A DNA stretch of 64,000 bases from Andalucia godoyi And28 (GCA_009859145.1 VRVR01000054.1:1-64000); one strand, 5' to 3'; positions 29,554-40,463 are shown, counted from the first letter of the stretch. Made by a program: numbers and translations. Notes: generated from the sequence alone by a model not told the origin.

Positions 29554-32500
29554 TTACAAGTTTGTCAGCTTTTTCAGCCATTCGGCGAAGATGCGCAGGC
29601 GTCGATCGTCGTCGGTGAATCCGCTGGAGCCGGTTGGACCGAGGACCTGGCTGGAAACCCACTGTACAACACGAAAGATAACGGAGAAGGCCGACTTTGG
29701 GTTCTCGGAGTTCTCGATGAAGGATATGCCAAATGAGCCTCGCCACAGAGCGTCGGGCATCGTGAGCAGCACACCGGAGCGTGTGTCCGGAGAGAAGGAG
29801 ACTGCGTGGTCGCGGAGCATGGACACCAGAGAATCCTGCGGCAAACGCGAGAAACCAGCATGAGAAATCGGGAAAAGAGACACAAATGACCTGCGCTCTC
29901 CGGGAAGCGCAACGCTTGCATCTCGCGAGGTTGCTGCTGCTGTAGACGACATTGCAAGCGAGCTAGAAAGCGAGATGGAAGACATGGAAGACGACGTCGA
30001 GCGTGCGGTATCCGGAACTCCGTTCGCAGCACCGTTGCCGGTGGTCGTGGAGGAGGAGAGATGGTGGCTGGGCACTTTCTGAACGATGTACTCGCCTGAG
30101 AACGGATCTGCAGTGGAGTGCGTGGCTGCAGTCGCCAGGTCAAGAGACACGCTCGCGGCAGTTGGAACCAAGCACACGTCCACGGCCCACATGCGCAGGC
30201 GATTATCCGAGTCTGGAAACGGCAAAAAGTGCACCGTTAGCCGCTCTGCAAACAAGCGTTTGGACTGCACAACGCGCGCAACTGCCAGACATGCTTCTCG
30301 GATCGCAAAGGCGGGGACGACACTCTGTGGCGAAACAGCCAGCAAGGCGTGCGAATTGGCAAGCGAGTCGCCAACGGCCTTTAGCTCTTCGTCCGCAGAC
30401 GAAAACGACGCCGAGTGCGTGGACTTTTCAATGCCGTGGAACGACGGGAAGGTGTGGGTTCCAGGGATGGGAGATGCACCCGGGAAGGAAAATGACGGAA
30501 CGATCAAGGATGCTCCGAGAAACACTGGTTCTGTAGGCTGTCCTTGCGCACCAAAATGAGAGGGAGTCGGAGTTGCAGTTGCAGTTGCGCTCGGCTTGCT
30601 GGGCTGCTGGGCTGGAGGCAAAAAGACGTGTCCAGCAATGATTCCCAGAAGAGCATCTCGCGGAAATGCCTCCAACACTGCACCATGCACTTCCAGTAGC
30701 TCCATGAAAGCTTCAAAGCGCTCCTTTCCTTGGCTCGGGAACGGCAAAACGCTGTCGGACACAACGGCAACTTCGGAAATTCGCTCCTTGACTTCATCCT
30801 CCACCTGCTGATCAGGCGACTTGTCATCGCGAAAGTACGATCCGTCTTCCGTCAGCACGGCAACCACGGACTGGAATCGATGGGCGCAAATCACCATGCA
30901 GGCAGAGAGCGGGCTTGCTGCAACTTCGACCTTGGGTATTGTGTAAATGGAACACGGAGAAGGATCCAATTTGACCATCCATACCTCAATTTCTGGTTGC
31001 TGGATCATCACGCGCGCCAACGCTCGGACGAGAGTTTCCGAGGTGTACAGATCGTATGCTCCAAGAGGCAGGTTCACATCGGCAAGAGACAGTAAGCGCT
31101 TCGCACCGGACCGTGATGAATACAGAGACAACAACGACGCATCTGGCGAATAAAGCGGAAGCGCGGTCTTCCTTGCAACACGCTGCAACGGAGCATCCGC
31201 GTCCAATACACTTGGATCTCTCCTCTTTCCCTCTTGTCGCTTCAATTTTGCCATTCCAAACTGCCGCTTTCCATTCGAAGACACGCCGGCGGCTGCGCTT
31301 GTGAAGATCGGGATCGGATATGACGGAGAAAGAAACGCAGTGGAAAATGCAGCACGCAGCGTCGAGATCCTTCGCAGAGCCTTTTCTGATAGCGACAGCA
31401 AAAATGCGGTTCCGCGCGAAACAAAATCTTCTCGTGTCGCAATCTTCTCCAAGCGCTGCGCCTGGCGACGCCTTGCTCCTTTGAGAGTGTGGTCATCTGG
31501 TGCAGCAGAGTTCTTGGACGACGGCAACAGCTCCGACACGACCAGATGAAACCGCTTATCAAGATTCGCAATGCCGAAAACTTGAGAATAGTACTCGAGA
31601 ACGGGTGCAGCCTCCAACGGTGTCGACATAACAAGAACAACATCCATCCGCGGGTTGCGGGCCAATATCGCAATGCATTCCAACAGTGCCATTTTCTCAG
31701 CCTGTGCGACCATGGCAAGTCGCTCTGTTCGCTCCGAACGCACCACTGCATTCGCCGAACTCGACGCCTCTAGCATGCCCGAGACAGTCTTTTGAGAGAG
31801 ACCATCGCCATGAGCATTGGCATTGGCATGTGCATCGCTCTCGACAACAAACTTTTCATGATAGACTCTCGCGCGCTCGATGATGTTGGATGGGTACGCG
31901 GGAACGACGGGAACGACGACGCGCATGGCCCTTCGATCGATGGTGGCGGCCGTTCGGCAAATCATGGATTCCAAAAAGTGAACCTGCAACTCGGTCCACT
32001 CCAGCATTGTGTCTTCTTCTCGGCGGCGAACGTAATCGGAAGTTTGCATCCACGCAACAAACATTCTCCATTCGCGCTGAATCTTCAGCACCGCACGAAG
32101 CTTTTGCAGCAAAGGACGCACGCGCAGTCTTGTCCGCACTCCGCGCAGCCACGATTGCAACCTGATTGCCGCAGACGCCGTGAACTTGAATCGCTTTGCA
32201 GGGTTTCGCAGATCCGCTTCGAGAGCCGATCGATTCACCACGATCTGCATGAGCACGCCAATGAATTGCCGCTTCGGTACGGGAGTAAACAGCGAAGAGG
32301 ACGCAACTGGCGCAAGATCGTCCACTGCAATCCGGGAAAGCGCGTGCCCGTCAATTTCCACCAAGAGGATCCCGTAATCACTAAAAAACTGCTCCAGCAC
32401 GCTAATCCACACTTGCACGCGCGGCCAAATCGACGAAAACGTACGTTTGTACGACGCAAACTCGGGGGACTCTGCAATCACTCTGCCCTTCCGAACCAAG

Positions 32501-33615
32501 AACCGGTGCAGCGAAAACGAATCAAGCGCACTCTGAAAGTTATTATTGCTGGTAGTCGTGATCGTGGTCGTGGCTGCCATGCTTGCCTCCTTCCCTCTCC
32601 CCTTTTCATTGTTCTGCTCCTTGTCGTTTCCACCATTGGTATTTCTGCTTTCCGGCCGTGCTTGCTGCGGGTCTTGAAAAGGCAGCGCAATACGCTCATC
32701 ATCCAGCATATTTACAACCCTGACTGCCGACTTGCTGCCCTTTGTGGTTGCATCCTCCATAGATCCTGTCGCACCAAGCGCACCAGAAGCATGCGAATGT
32801 GCATTGTAAGGTTGGGAGAGGTCCATGTGGACACCTCCGGTCATTCCGTATGCGCCGAGGTCTGCAAGCGGGTACGCAACAGACCTGTCTCTCGGATCGG
32901 ACATTGGGACCGGCGCAGTCGCAAGCGCCAGAGTGAGGTCTGCTGCCCGCGGCACAAGCCCGCGCTGCACAACATCCAGCAGTCCTCTCCCCAGATCGCT
33001 CCGATGCAGCTCATACCCGCCCCCGATTGCATTGCTTTGTGTTCCGTAACGCAGCGCAGCAGGCAGCGGCCGCGCAAGAGATGCCGAAAGAACCCGCTTC
33101 TGCACTCTCCCGCTCGCCGCCGGCCTCGATCCCACCGGTCGCTTCATCGTCGACCCCGATCCAGCCGACGTTGGAGAACTCACAGACTGCAGAATTGTCG
33201 TTGTGTCCACCAGCGGCGCAATTCTTACCGGCGGCTTCCTCGCCCGCTCCCGCTGCCCGTGACCTTGACCCTGATTCCCTGAGCTCTTCTTAGGGTTCGC
33301 GCTAGGGTCCAAGCTCGTGTTGGAAGAAGCAGGAAGAGGCAGCGCAGGTCCGCGAAGAGACTCTTCAAGCAACAGCTCCGTCCGAAGCTTCAGCCGCTCC
33401 TCCACCTTCTCCAGCAGCGACTCCAGACGCGCATTCGAGGACGGCCCACTGCCCGGGGATCCATGATGGCCCTGCAGACTCTGGTGGCTCTGCTGGCTGC
33501 TCGAGGGAACAGCCTCGCGGAGACTCGCCAGGTCTCGCTGAAGCAACACTAGCGTCTGTAGCACATCTTGCGAATCCAACGAATGGCCATATTGATGATG
33601 ACTCGCTCCTCTCAT
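29554..33615 (-). CDS. IQCH: IQ-domain-containing protein H-like
   Basis: 1353 aa. IQ motifs IRLQSWLRGVRTR and LKIQREWR; NPRMDVV; YSSRSGAKRLL..ADVNLPLGAYDLY; WMVKLD. Confidence 0.75.
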   Translation of the reverse strand: MRGASHHQYGHSLDSQDVLQTLVLLQRDLASLREAVPSSSQQSHQSLQGHHGSPGSGPSSNARLESLLEKVEERLKLRTELLLEESLRGPALPLPASSNTSLDPSANPKKSSGNQGQGHGQRERARKPPVRIAPLVDTTTILQSVSSPTSAGSGSTMKRPVGSRPAASGRVQKRVLSASLARPLPAALRYGTQSNAIGGGYELHRSDLGRGLLDVVQRGLVPRAADLTLALATAPVPMSDPRDRSVAYPLADLGAYGMTGGVHMDLSQPYNAHSHASGALGATGSMEDATTKGSKSAVRVVNMLDDERIALPFQDPQQARPESRNTNGGNDKEQNNEKGRGKEASMAATTTITTTSNNNFQSALDSFSLHRFLVRKGRVIAESPEFASYKRTFSSIWPRVQVWISVLEQFFSDYGILLVEIDGHALSRIAVDDLAPVASSSLFTPVPKRQFIGVLMQIVVNRSALEADLRNPAKRFKFTASAAIRLQSWLRGVRTRLRVRPLLQKLRAVLKIQREWRMFVAWMQTSDYVRRREEDTMLEWTELQVHFLESMICRTAATIDRRAMRVVVPVVPAYPSNIIERARVYHEKFVVESDAHANANAHGDGLSQKTVSGMLEASSSANAVVRSERTERLAMVAQAEKMALLECIAILARNPRMDVVLVMSTPLEAAPVLEYYSQVFGIANLDKRFHLVVSELLPSSKNSAAPDDHTLKGARRRQAQRLEKIATREDFVSRGTAFLLSLSEKALRRISTLRAAFSTAFLSPSYPIPIFTSAAAGVSSNGKRQFGMAKLKRQEGKRRDPSVLDADAPLQRVARKTALPLYSPDASLLSLYSSRSGAKRLLSLADVNLPLGAYDLYTSETLVRALARVMIQQPEIEVWMVKLDPSPCSIYTIPKVEVAASPLSACMVICAHRFQSVVAVLTEDGSYFRDDKSPDQQVEDEVKERISEVAVVSDSVLPFPSQGKERFEAFMELLEVHGAVLEAFPRDALLGIIAGHVFLPPAQQPSKPSATATATPTPSHFGAQGQPTEPVFLGASLIVPSFSFPGASPIPGTHTFPSFHGIEKSTHSASFSSADEELKAVGDSLANSHALLAVSPQSVVPAFAIREACLAVARVVQSKRLFAERLTVHFLPFPDSDNRLRMWAVDVCLVPTAASVSLDLATAATHSTADPFSGEYIVQKVPSHHLSSSTTTGNGAANGVPDTARSTSSSMSSISLSSSLAMSSTAAATSRDASVALPGERRSFVSLFPISHAGFSRLPQDSLVSMLRDHAVSFSPDTRSGVLLTMPDALWRGSFGISFIENSENPKSAFSVIFRVVQWVSSQVLGPTGSSGFTDDDRRLRIFAEWLKKLTNL

Positions 33616-33703
33616 CCTATATGCGAGAGCCTTCTATCTGCACTCTTCACCTCTTCACAATGTACAATTTTCCTGATAAATGGAGCAGAAGAGAGAGTGT
33701 AAG

Positions 33704-33743
33704 ACAGAGAGAGAGTGTGTGTGTGTGTGTGTGGGTGGGTGGG

Positions 33744-33813
<70 letters not shown>
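33704..33813. repeat. (GA)/(GT)/(GGGT)/(GA)n compound microsatellite
   Basis: Seen directly. Confidence 0.9.
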
Positions 33814-33817
<4 letters not shown>

Positions 33818-34028
33818 CACAACAATAACAATGGAAAGACGAATGGGAAACGCCAAAGGAAGGAAATCCAACATCAAAAACCGTTTTTTCCTCTTCCTCT
33901 TTTGGAGCAGAGTTTGAGTCACTTGAGACGTGAACCGTGCACTACGATTTGGATTTTTTTGTGCCTTACTTTCGCCTGTTTGCTTTGGTGGCTTTCCATT
34001 TTTACGGTGGTTTTTGTGTTTCACGATT

Positions 34029-34436
34029 TTAGGAAGCTGAGTCTTCTTCGAGGTTGATGGATTTTCCAAACTTTGCATAGAGAGTAGCCTTGAGCTGCTT
34101 CATGCGGGCCGTGACGACCTGAAGTTCATTTTTCTTGAGACTGACTTGATGCTTGACGGCGGTCTCTCTCGTTTCCAAGAACCGTTCGGCCTCGTCTGCC
34201 TCGACGGACGCATACGACTCTGCCATCTGCACACGAATCTCGTCGGAACCCCAGATCTCTGTCTGCGCGTCCTTGATCCGCAGGAGCTCAGCATCAAGCG
34301 CCGCAATGTCGTCCTCCAGCTCATGACGCCGGTTGTTCAGCCGTGAAAACGTGTTGATCCGCATCTGGTCCTCCTTCAGCACCGTTGCTGTCGTAGTCGA
34401 CGTCGCTGTCGCCGGTGCAAGTACCTTGGATGCCAT
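34029..34436 (-). CDS. PFDN4: Prefoldin subunit 4
   Basis: EDQMRINTFSRLNNR and MKQLKATLYAKFGKSINLEE. Confidence 0.95.
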   Translation of the reverse strand: MASKVLAPATATSTTTATVLKEDQMRINTFSRLNNRRHELEDDIAALDAELLRIKDAQTEIWGSDEIRVQMAESYASVEADEAERFLETRETAVKHQVSLKKNELQVVTARMKQLKATLYAKFGKSINLEEDSAS

Positions 34437-34865
34437 CTCCCCAGCAAAAACAAACACAAAAGATAATAATTATGATAATTATGATAATAGAAATTCAAAC
34501 GAACCAAACGAATCAAACGAAGAACTAAAAGAAGACAGGTACGGTACGGAATACCACACACATTGGGCGGGGAATGATGGCTGGCTGATACTGCACTGTA
34601 GCATCAATGATCGACTTCCGTTTCGTTTTCGCCCACCGTAGTCCGCTGTTAAAAGTTCTGTCGGGGGATTCCTCGGTTTTTTTTCGGCGGTCGTTCCGGC
34701 CGTGCGCATCCGGCGGATGGATATTCAGGAAGTGGGGTCCCGCAAACGGCCGACCGACCCGACCGACCGACCGACCGGCCATCTGACGTGCAGCACATCC
34801 ACAGATCCACACATACCGACGTCCATTCGCGTCACTATTTCCGACTTCCGGTTACTCGTTGGAAG

Positions 34866-35510
34866 ATGCCGACGGCGACATGTGAGCACTGGGACTCGTA
34901 CTACGACGGTTGCTGTTCTGCGCCGACGGAGCCGTCTTCGTTTGCGCGGTATGTTCTGGAGCGGCTTCGTGGACGCTCGCTGTTGGACGTGGGGTGTGGG
35001 AACGGCCGCGACAGCCTGTTCTTCGCACACCATGGAATCACGACGGTTGCGATGGACCGGTGCGAAAGGGCTGTTTCAAGGCTTACGTGTCCGCCTCTTT
35101 CGCAGGTGATTGTCCAAAATGCCGGCGACAAACCGGGCGACAGATCGGGCGAGCGGCAGCTGCAGATTTCCGTCGACGCGGTGTACATGCGGTTCTTTCT
35201 GCATGCAGTCGACGAGACCGAGGCAAGCCGGGTGTTGGACTGGTGCGCGGAACTGCTGCCTTCGACCGGACAGATCTTCATCGAGGCACGCTCGGTGCGT
35301 AGCTCGCTGTACGGCGTCGGGGAACAGGTTGGCCGAGATGCTTTTGTGTGCGGACACTACAGGCGGTTCATTCGAGCCGACGAAATCCAGGCTGAGCTCC
35401 AGAAAAGAGGATTCACAATCAACATCTGCTGCGAAACAGCCGGAGTCGCCATTTTCAACAACGATGATCCCGTGGTCGTCCGCGTCGTTGCATCCAAAGC
35501 ATCCATGTAA
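34866..35510 (+). CDS. Class I SAM-dependent methyltransferase
   Basis: LLDVGCGNGRDSLFFA, AMDRC, DAVYMRFFLHAV, FIEARS, HYRRFI. Confidence 0.9.
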   Translation: MPTATCEHWDSYYDGCCSAPTEPSSFARYVLERLRGRSLLDVGCGNGRDSLFFAHHGITTVAMDRCERAVSRLTCPPLSQVIVQNAGDKPGDRSGERQLQISVDAVYMRFFLHAVDETEASRVLDWCAELLPSTGQIFIEARSVRSSLYGVGEQVGRDAFVCGHYRRFIRADEIQAELQKRGFTINICCETAGVAIFNNDDPVVVRVVASKASM

Positions 35511-35960
35511 CCCCGCCAATCGTCCTGCAGAAATTGCTTCCGTATCTAAGGAGGTGGCATCGGCGCATCCTGGAAAAAAAAAAGGACTGTAGTCCGGCTG
35601 TAAAACAAAAAAAGATAATAAAACTGTCTGTCCGACTCTCTGTCATTGCGTTGATGCTAGAAAGCCCTTGGCAGAAACTACGGGGCGGAGGGGTCGATAG
35701 TTGTTACGCTAATGAGGTGCACAAAACAAGATGTGCATTTCCCCGGTAAACCCTAGCCTTTTCATAGGACTGTCTAATTGAGAGAGTCGACGCAGCTTTT
35801 GTTATTTTCAATCTGTTTCTTTGCTTTTGCCCCCAACCTCTTTCGGCTTTTCTTCTCTTTTCCTGCTTCTCTTGTGTCATTTGCCAGTGGAACTTTGGGC
35901 GAACCTTGGATTTTGTAGCTACTCCACTCTTTTGTAGGACCACCACTTGTCTTTGTCACG

Positions 35961-36737
35961 ATGTCTTTCCAGCGAACCCTTTCCTCCAAAAAGCGCAAGA
36001 TTGTCCACGAAGGACTCTTCTTTGCCGAGCTGAACGAATTCCTCAAGCGCGAGCTCCAGGAAGACGGATATGCCGGAGTGGAAGTGCGTCCGACCCCGAA
36101 GTGCACTGAAATCATTGTCCGTGCAACCCAGGTCCAGAAGGTTCTTGGTGAGAAGGGTCGCCGCATCCGCGAGCTGACTGCTCTTGTTCAGAAGCGCTTT
36201 GGCTTTGCCGAGGGCTCCGTCGAGCTCTTTGCCGAGCGTGTTGCAAACCGCTCGCTCTCTGCTGTTGCCCAAGCCGAGTCCGTCCGCTTCAAGCTCATCG
36301 AAGGTCTTGCCGTCCGCCGTGCAGCCTATGGTGTTCTCCGCGCCGTTATGGAGGCTGGTGCTAAGGGTGCCGAGGTCGTTGTGTCCGGTAAGCTCCGTGC
36401 TCAGCGTGCAAAGGCAATGAAGTTCCGCGACGGATACATGATCTCGTCCGGTCAGCCATCCAAGTACTACGTCGACCACGCCGTCCGCCACGTCTACATG
36501 AAGCAGGGTGTCCTCGGAGTGCAAGTCCGCATTGTCTTGCCCCACGACCCCGCCGGCCGCATTGGTCCCAAGAACCCCATGCCCGACCACGTCCGCATCC
36601 AGGAGCCCAAGGAGGACTTCAACGCACCTGTCGGTGAGCCACACGGAGTGTTGGCTTCCACCAACGCCAATAGAGGACAGGCAAACAACGCCGCCGCCGC
36701 TCCCGCACAGGCCGTCGCTGCTGCTGACCAGGAGTAA
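35961..36737 (+). CDS. RPS3: 40S ribosomal protein S3 (uS3)
   Basis: [36 protein letters not shown]. Confidence 0.98.
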   Translation: MSFQRTLSSKKRKIVHEGLFFAELNEFLKRELQEDGYAGVEVRPTPKCTEIIVRATQVQKVLGEKGRRIRELTALVQKRFGFAEGSVELFAERVANRSLSAVAQAESVRFKLIEGLAVRRAAYGVLRAVMEAGAKGAEVVVSGKLRAQRAKAMKFRDGYMISSGQPSKYYVDHAVRHVYMKQGVLGVQVRIVLPHDPAGRIGPKNPMPDHVRIQEPKEDFNAPVGEPHGVLASTNANRGQANNAAAAPAQAVAAADQE

Positions 36738-37412
36738 AGTCTCTTTTGAAAATGATTTTGCAGCTTTCCATGCCTTCCTTTTTATTCCCTTCTTTTTCTG
36801 TTCTCCTTGCGCTTTCTCCTCGTTTGCAAAAAATATTGCAAGCCGCATGCGACATCTTTTTTGGAGCCTGTCCCTGAATTGACGCCCATTTTTTCTTCTT
36901 CTCTGTTCGTTTTTAAATTTCAAGACGAGGTAAAATCTCCGGCCTCCAAGCTCAAGCACATCAGCGCAAGAATTGCTGGGTCATGGTTCCAGAACCGGGC
37001 CTGTGTGGCGGTGTGCTGCAATCTTGTACATGATGCACGTGCTCAAAACAAACGCGGTCTCGATCGGCCTCGACTTTCCCAAGTTCCTCGCGGACATAGC
37101 GCCTCATTTCACAGTCCAAAAACACGGTCTGCGCAAACGCCCGCGACGCTTTGCGACAGGTTGTACGCCCGCCGCCCACCCAGCCCAACTCGCGGCCTTT
37201 CGTAGGTCGTTCCTTCTTGCCGCCGCCGTCATGCTTCGTCGATCGTAGAACCCATTGCACGACAACAAATGCACGATTACGAATAAAGGAAAAACAAAGA
37301 CGGAACCTCTCCCTTTTTTGCTGGGCTGCTCTCCTTTTCCCTATGGTCTCTTTTTCTCTAATGAACTCTGATCTTGACCCACATATTGATACGCTTGCGC
37401 GAAAAACAGAGG

Positions 37413-38060
37413 ATGAAGGTTGTGCGGGGCAACGGTGATGATCTTTCACGGGCGCGATCTGTCGGGTTGATGCTAGGCCATATTCTGGCGACGGTCGGTG
37501 CGCTGCTGCCGATTGCGGCGTTTGGGGCGGCGCCGCTGCTGCAGTCGTACTGCATGGGGCTGGGGGCGCTGACACTGCTGGTTGCGCAGGGATACACGTA
37601 CGACCGGCCGATGCGGACGGTTGCCGCATGGGGAATGACGACGCCCATCGTGCACATCATCTTGTCCATATTTGGAGCTCCTGTTTGGGATTTGCAGACG
37701 GTTTTGTTTGCGATGCTGCTGTCCGCCATGTCCACGACCCCGATCTGGACAGTTGTTGCGGCTACGACGATGAGTACGACCGCCGGCTCCAGTTTCCTTG
37801 TCGCCCGCCGGCTGTTTGCTTTTTGCAGCCCAGTCTCCCGCTATGAAACCATCGCGCTGGTTCCAGGGCTGTTTGCTGCGTGTGGCGCCTACGCCGGTGC
37901 CTGGTTCCTGCCCCTTGATTGGTACTCCATCTGGCAACAATGGCCGCTTCCTTGTGCCACCGCCGCAGTCGTGTTCTACATTGCTGGATGCGTCGCCGCC
38001 ATCGGCCTCTGTCTCTTCAAGTCCTTTGATGCTGCTGCGGCGTCCAAGCTGTCCGCATAG
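37413..38060 (+). CDS. PIGF: GPI-anchor biosynthesis protein PIG-F
   Basis: Multi-TM protein with IFGAP and GAYAGAWFLPLDW..WQQWPLPC. Confidence 0.9.
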   Translation: MKVVRGNGDDLSRARSVGLMLGHILATVGALLPIAAFGAAPLLQSYCMGLGALTLLVAQGYTYDRPMRTVAAWGMTTPIVHIILSIFGAPVWDLQTVLFAMLLSAMSTTPIWTVVAATTMSTTAGSSFLVARRLFAFCSPVSRYETIALVPGLFAACGAYAGAWFLPLDWYSIWQQWPLPCATAAVVFYIAGCVAAIGLCLFKSFDAAAASKLSA

Positions 38061-38666
38061 CATCAACTCGAGTTTTTTGTTTTTTGGTGGAGTGCTCGCC
38101 TCCCTTGTTGCCAATACACTGCAACAGCATAGCAGCTTGGCTGGGGGAGCTCGGTGTTCTTTTTTTTTTTGGGGGGGGGGGGGGAATGAGGCACAGTACG
38201 TCACGAGCTACGGTGCATGTGTATTTGTTGTTGCTGTTGTTGTATTTGGAGGGCAGATGTTGTAGTGTGTTGTGATTACTGGTGTTTTTTGTATTGTTGT
38301 AGGTCGCGGCAGTTCTTCTTTTTTGTAAGGTGGTTGGCCCAGTGAGTTCTGAATGGGTCAATTCTCGGGAATTTTGGGTTTGATGTTCGTGGTGTTCTTT
38401 AGCAGCCCTCCACGGACTCTGCTTGCACAGTGCGGGTGTCAAGCAACATTTGCCGCATGTCCATCACAAAAAGCTTCGGAGCGTCCGCAAAGCATCAGGG
38501 TCCGAGGACCTCTCCGTCTTCCTTGACGGATCCTGAAGAAAAGGGACCAAAAGAAGAAAGAATGCGTGGCACACAGAACGCTTGTCGGTCGCTCTTCGTC
38601 TCCTTCTCAATGTAAGGCATATTTTTCTTGGTACTTTTGTGTGCTGTTGCTGTTAATGAGAGAGAG

Positions 38667-40463
38667 ATGCGGGCGATATTTGCGACTCGAGAAGGTGCGA
38701 TTTTGTTCACTGCTGCATTTTTGACGTTGGCGACTGTGGCTCTGCGATGTTCTCCCTCGTTCCAAAAGACTCTCTCTGCAGGTCAAGACCAGCCAGAGAA
38801 GCCAACAATGACGCCGTTCAGTGACTGTGCCATGGAACTTGCATCTTCGTCATCAACAACACCAACTCCAACAACAACAAATACATTTGAAGCAGAAACG
38901 ATGAAAACAGTGTTCGAGTACAAGACGTTTGCGTTCTACGCAATGGAGGATGTGCCGCCACGAGTTGGAAAGTGCAAGCATGATGAATCTCTGGTGCAAA
39001 TTGAGTATTCAATGCAGTTCGATCCAAAGATGGTGTTCACGGTGTCCGTGTCCGACACACCTGCTGTGCGATCCGAATATGCTTACGGGTTTCCGTGGAT
39101 ATTTGATCCGCGTGATGAGACGATCAGGGGCACGAGAATGCAGTTTCCGCGGCTTGGGTGGTGGACAGTAAGCGAGGTACGAGTAGCGCGTGTCAGCGGG
39201 CAAATGGAGGGCGTGTCGGCGTGGAATGCGACGATTGTGCTACGATCTGATCCGATGGTTCCGGTAGACGTGATCCATGTAATGGGCTGGAAGGAGTTTC
39301 CTTCGAAGCATCCTGGACAAACGATGGTGAACTTGTTCCACACGTATTTTGCAGGTCGAGTGGAGAACCCGAGTTTGCGTGCTGGCGAGTGGGAAGCGAA
39401 AAGAGATGCCGTCCATTTCTATCCAAACTATGGTCGATGGATGCCGCGAACTAGCATTCTGTTTCCTGCCTATTCGCGGAAGTGGAGCGAAGAAAAGCAG
39501 AAAAATGAATGGAAAATGAGACAGATCGACGTGTCCCGCACTGCAATTCTCGTCACGGATCCGTGGAACGGTGCGGCTGTTCGAACGATGGCCCGCGTGA
39601 ACTTCTTGCTTGAGGAGGCTCGCCGGGCTGGGATGCACATCATCTTGTCGCCGGGTAATGTTGCAGAATCCTATTCTAGCGCAGAAGGATCGATTGCTGC
39701 GTACGCTTCTCGCTATGTCTTTTTCGGCGACGACCATGCACAGATGCACAGTCGTGCGCAGGAGGCTGTTCGGACAGCCGGGAAGATTCTCGAGTGTCGA
39801 CGCGGGAAACTGCCACCGTCGGCGCTTTGCGACTCGATTCTCACGCCGCTGGTGCAGTCCACAGATCCGGTGGATGGTGGATTTGCAAAGGTGCGTCAAT
39901 CGCGGTGGATTCCGGAAGAAGAGTGGAAGAAGACAGAACTTCCAGAATCGGCGCTTGGAAAGCCAATGTGTCCCTATGAAAGCGATCCGACAGCTGTCCA
40001 CACAAACGACAGGTCGTTTCCGTGGTTCCGCATCCACAAGTGCATCCGCGTCGCCAGCGACGACTATGTCGTTGACGATGCGCTCACGATGCATGCGCTG
40101 TTGCAGCAGTTTGAGATTGAAACGATCATCATGGTCGGAGGCGATCTCACTCAGTGCATCCTCGGACGAGAGACTGGTGTCGTTCGACTTGGCTCTACTG
40201 GTCGGCGGATCATTCTCTTGCGCGATCTCGTCATCTCCGGTCAGTCCAATAACGACGAGGAAGTAGACGACATTCTGCGGTCCATCGAGCGCCTGCACGG
40301 GACAGAAACCATGGATATCCGCGGAATTGGTGGCGTGCCGAGGGTCGTCCACTCCAACCGCGGCTCGGAATCGCAGCCTCCGTTCTTTTATTCTTTCCCC
40401 ATAGTTGTCCTGCTTGTGATGCTGCTGTCGTTCATTCAGAAAGGCCGATATTCTCGACTGTGA
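38667..40463 (+). CDS. Membrane-anchored protein with a C-terminal isochorismatase/cysteine-hydrolase-like domain
   Basis: N-terminal hydrophobic segment, RTAILVTDPWNG, IIMVGGDLTQCILGRETG, IILLRDL, and a C-terminal TM followed by KGR. Confidence 0.7.
   Translation: MRAIFATREGAILFTAAFLTLATVALRCSPSFQKTLSAGQDQPEKPTMTPFSDCAMELASSSSTTPTPTTTNTFEAETMKTVFEYKTFAFYAMEDVPPRVGKCKHDESLVQIEYSMQFDPKMVFTVSVSDTPAVRSEYAYGFPWIFDPRDETIRGTRMQFPRLGWWTVSEVRVARVSGQMEGVSAWNATIVLRSDPMVPVDVIHVMGWKEFPSKHPGQTMVNLFHTYFAGRVENPSLRAGEWEAKRDAVHFYPNYGRWMPRTSILFPAYSRKWSEEKQKNEWKMRQIDVSRTAILVTDPWNGAAVRTMARVNFLLEEARRAGMHIILSPGNVAESYSSAEGSIAAYASRYVFFGDDHAQMHSRAQEAVRTAGKILECRRGKLPPSALCDSILTPLVQSTDPVDGGFAKVRQSRWIPEEEWKKTELPESALGKPMCPYESDPTAVHTNDRSFPWFRIHKCIRVASDDYVVDDALTMHALLQQFEIETIIMVGGDLTQCILGRETGVVRLGSTGRRIILLRDLVISGQSNNDEEVDDILRSIERLHGTETMDIRGIGGVPRVVHSNRGSESQPPFFYSFPIVVLLVMLLSFIQKGRYSRL

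Noticed and set aside
31792-33282. 496-aa + strand ORF and other long antisense ORFs (e.g. 23264..24403, 39240..40484, 54267..55568)
   Set aside because: They lie antisense to well-supported genes and have no recognisable motifs.
33647-34078. ORFs with (SL)n, (RE)n, (HT)n or (CV)n runs here and at other spacers
   Set aside because: They are translations of dinucleotide microsatellites.
36905-37100. RNase P/MRP RNA suggested by GGGAAAGTCGAGG on the minus strand pairing with CCTCGTCTT
   Set aside because: The P4 geometry is wrong (U opposite U instead of a bulge) and there is no CR-V ACxRAA motif.
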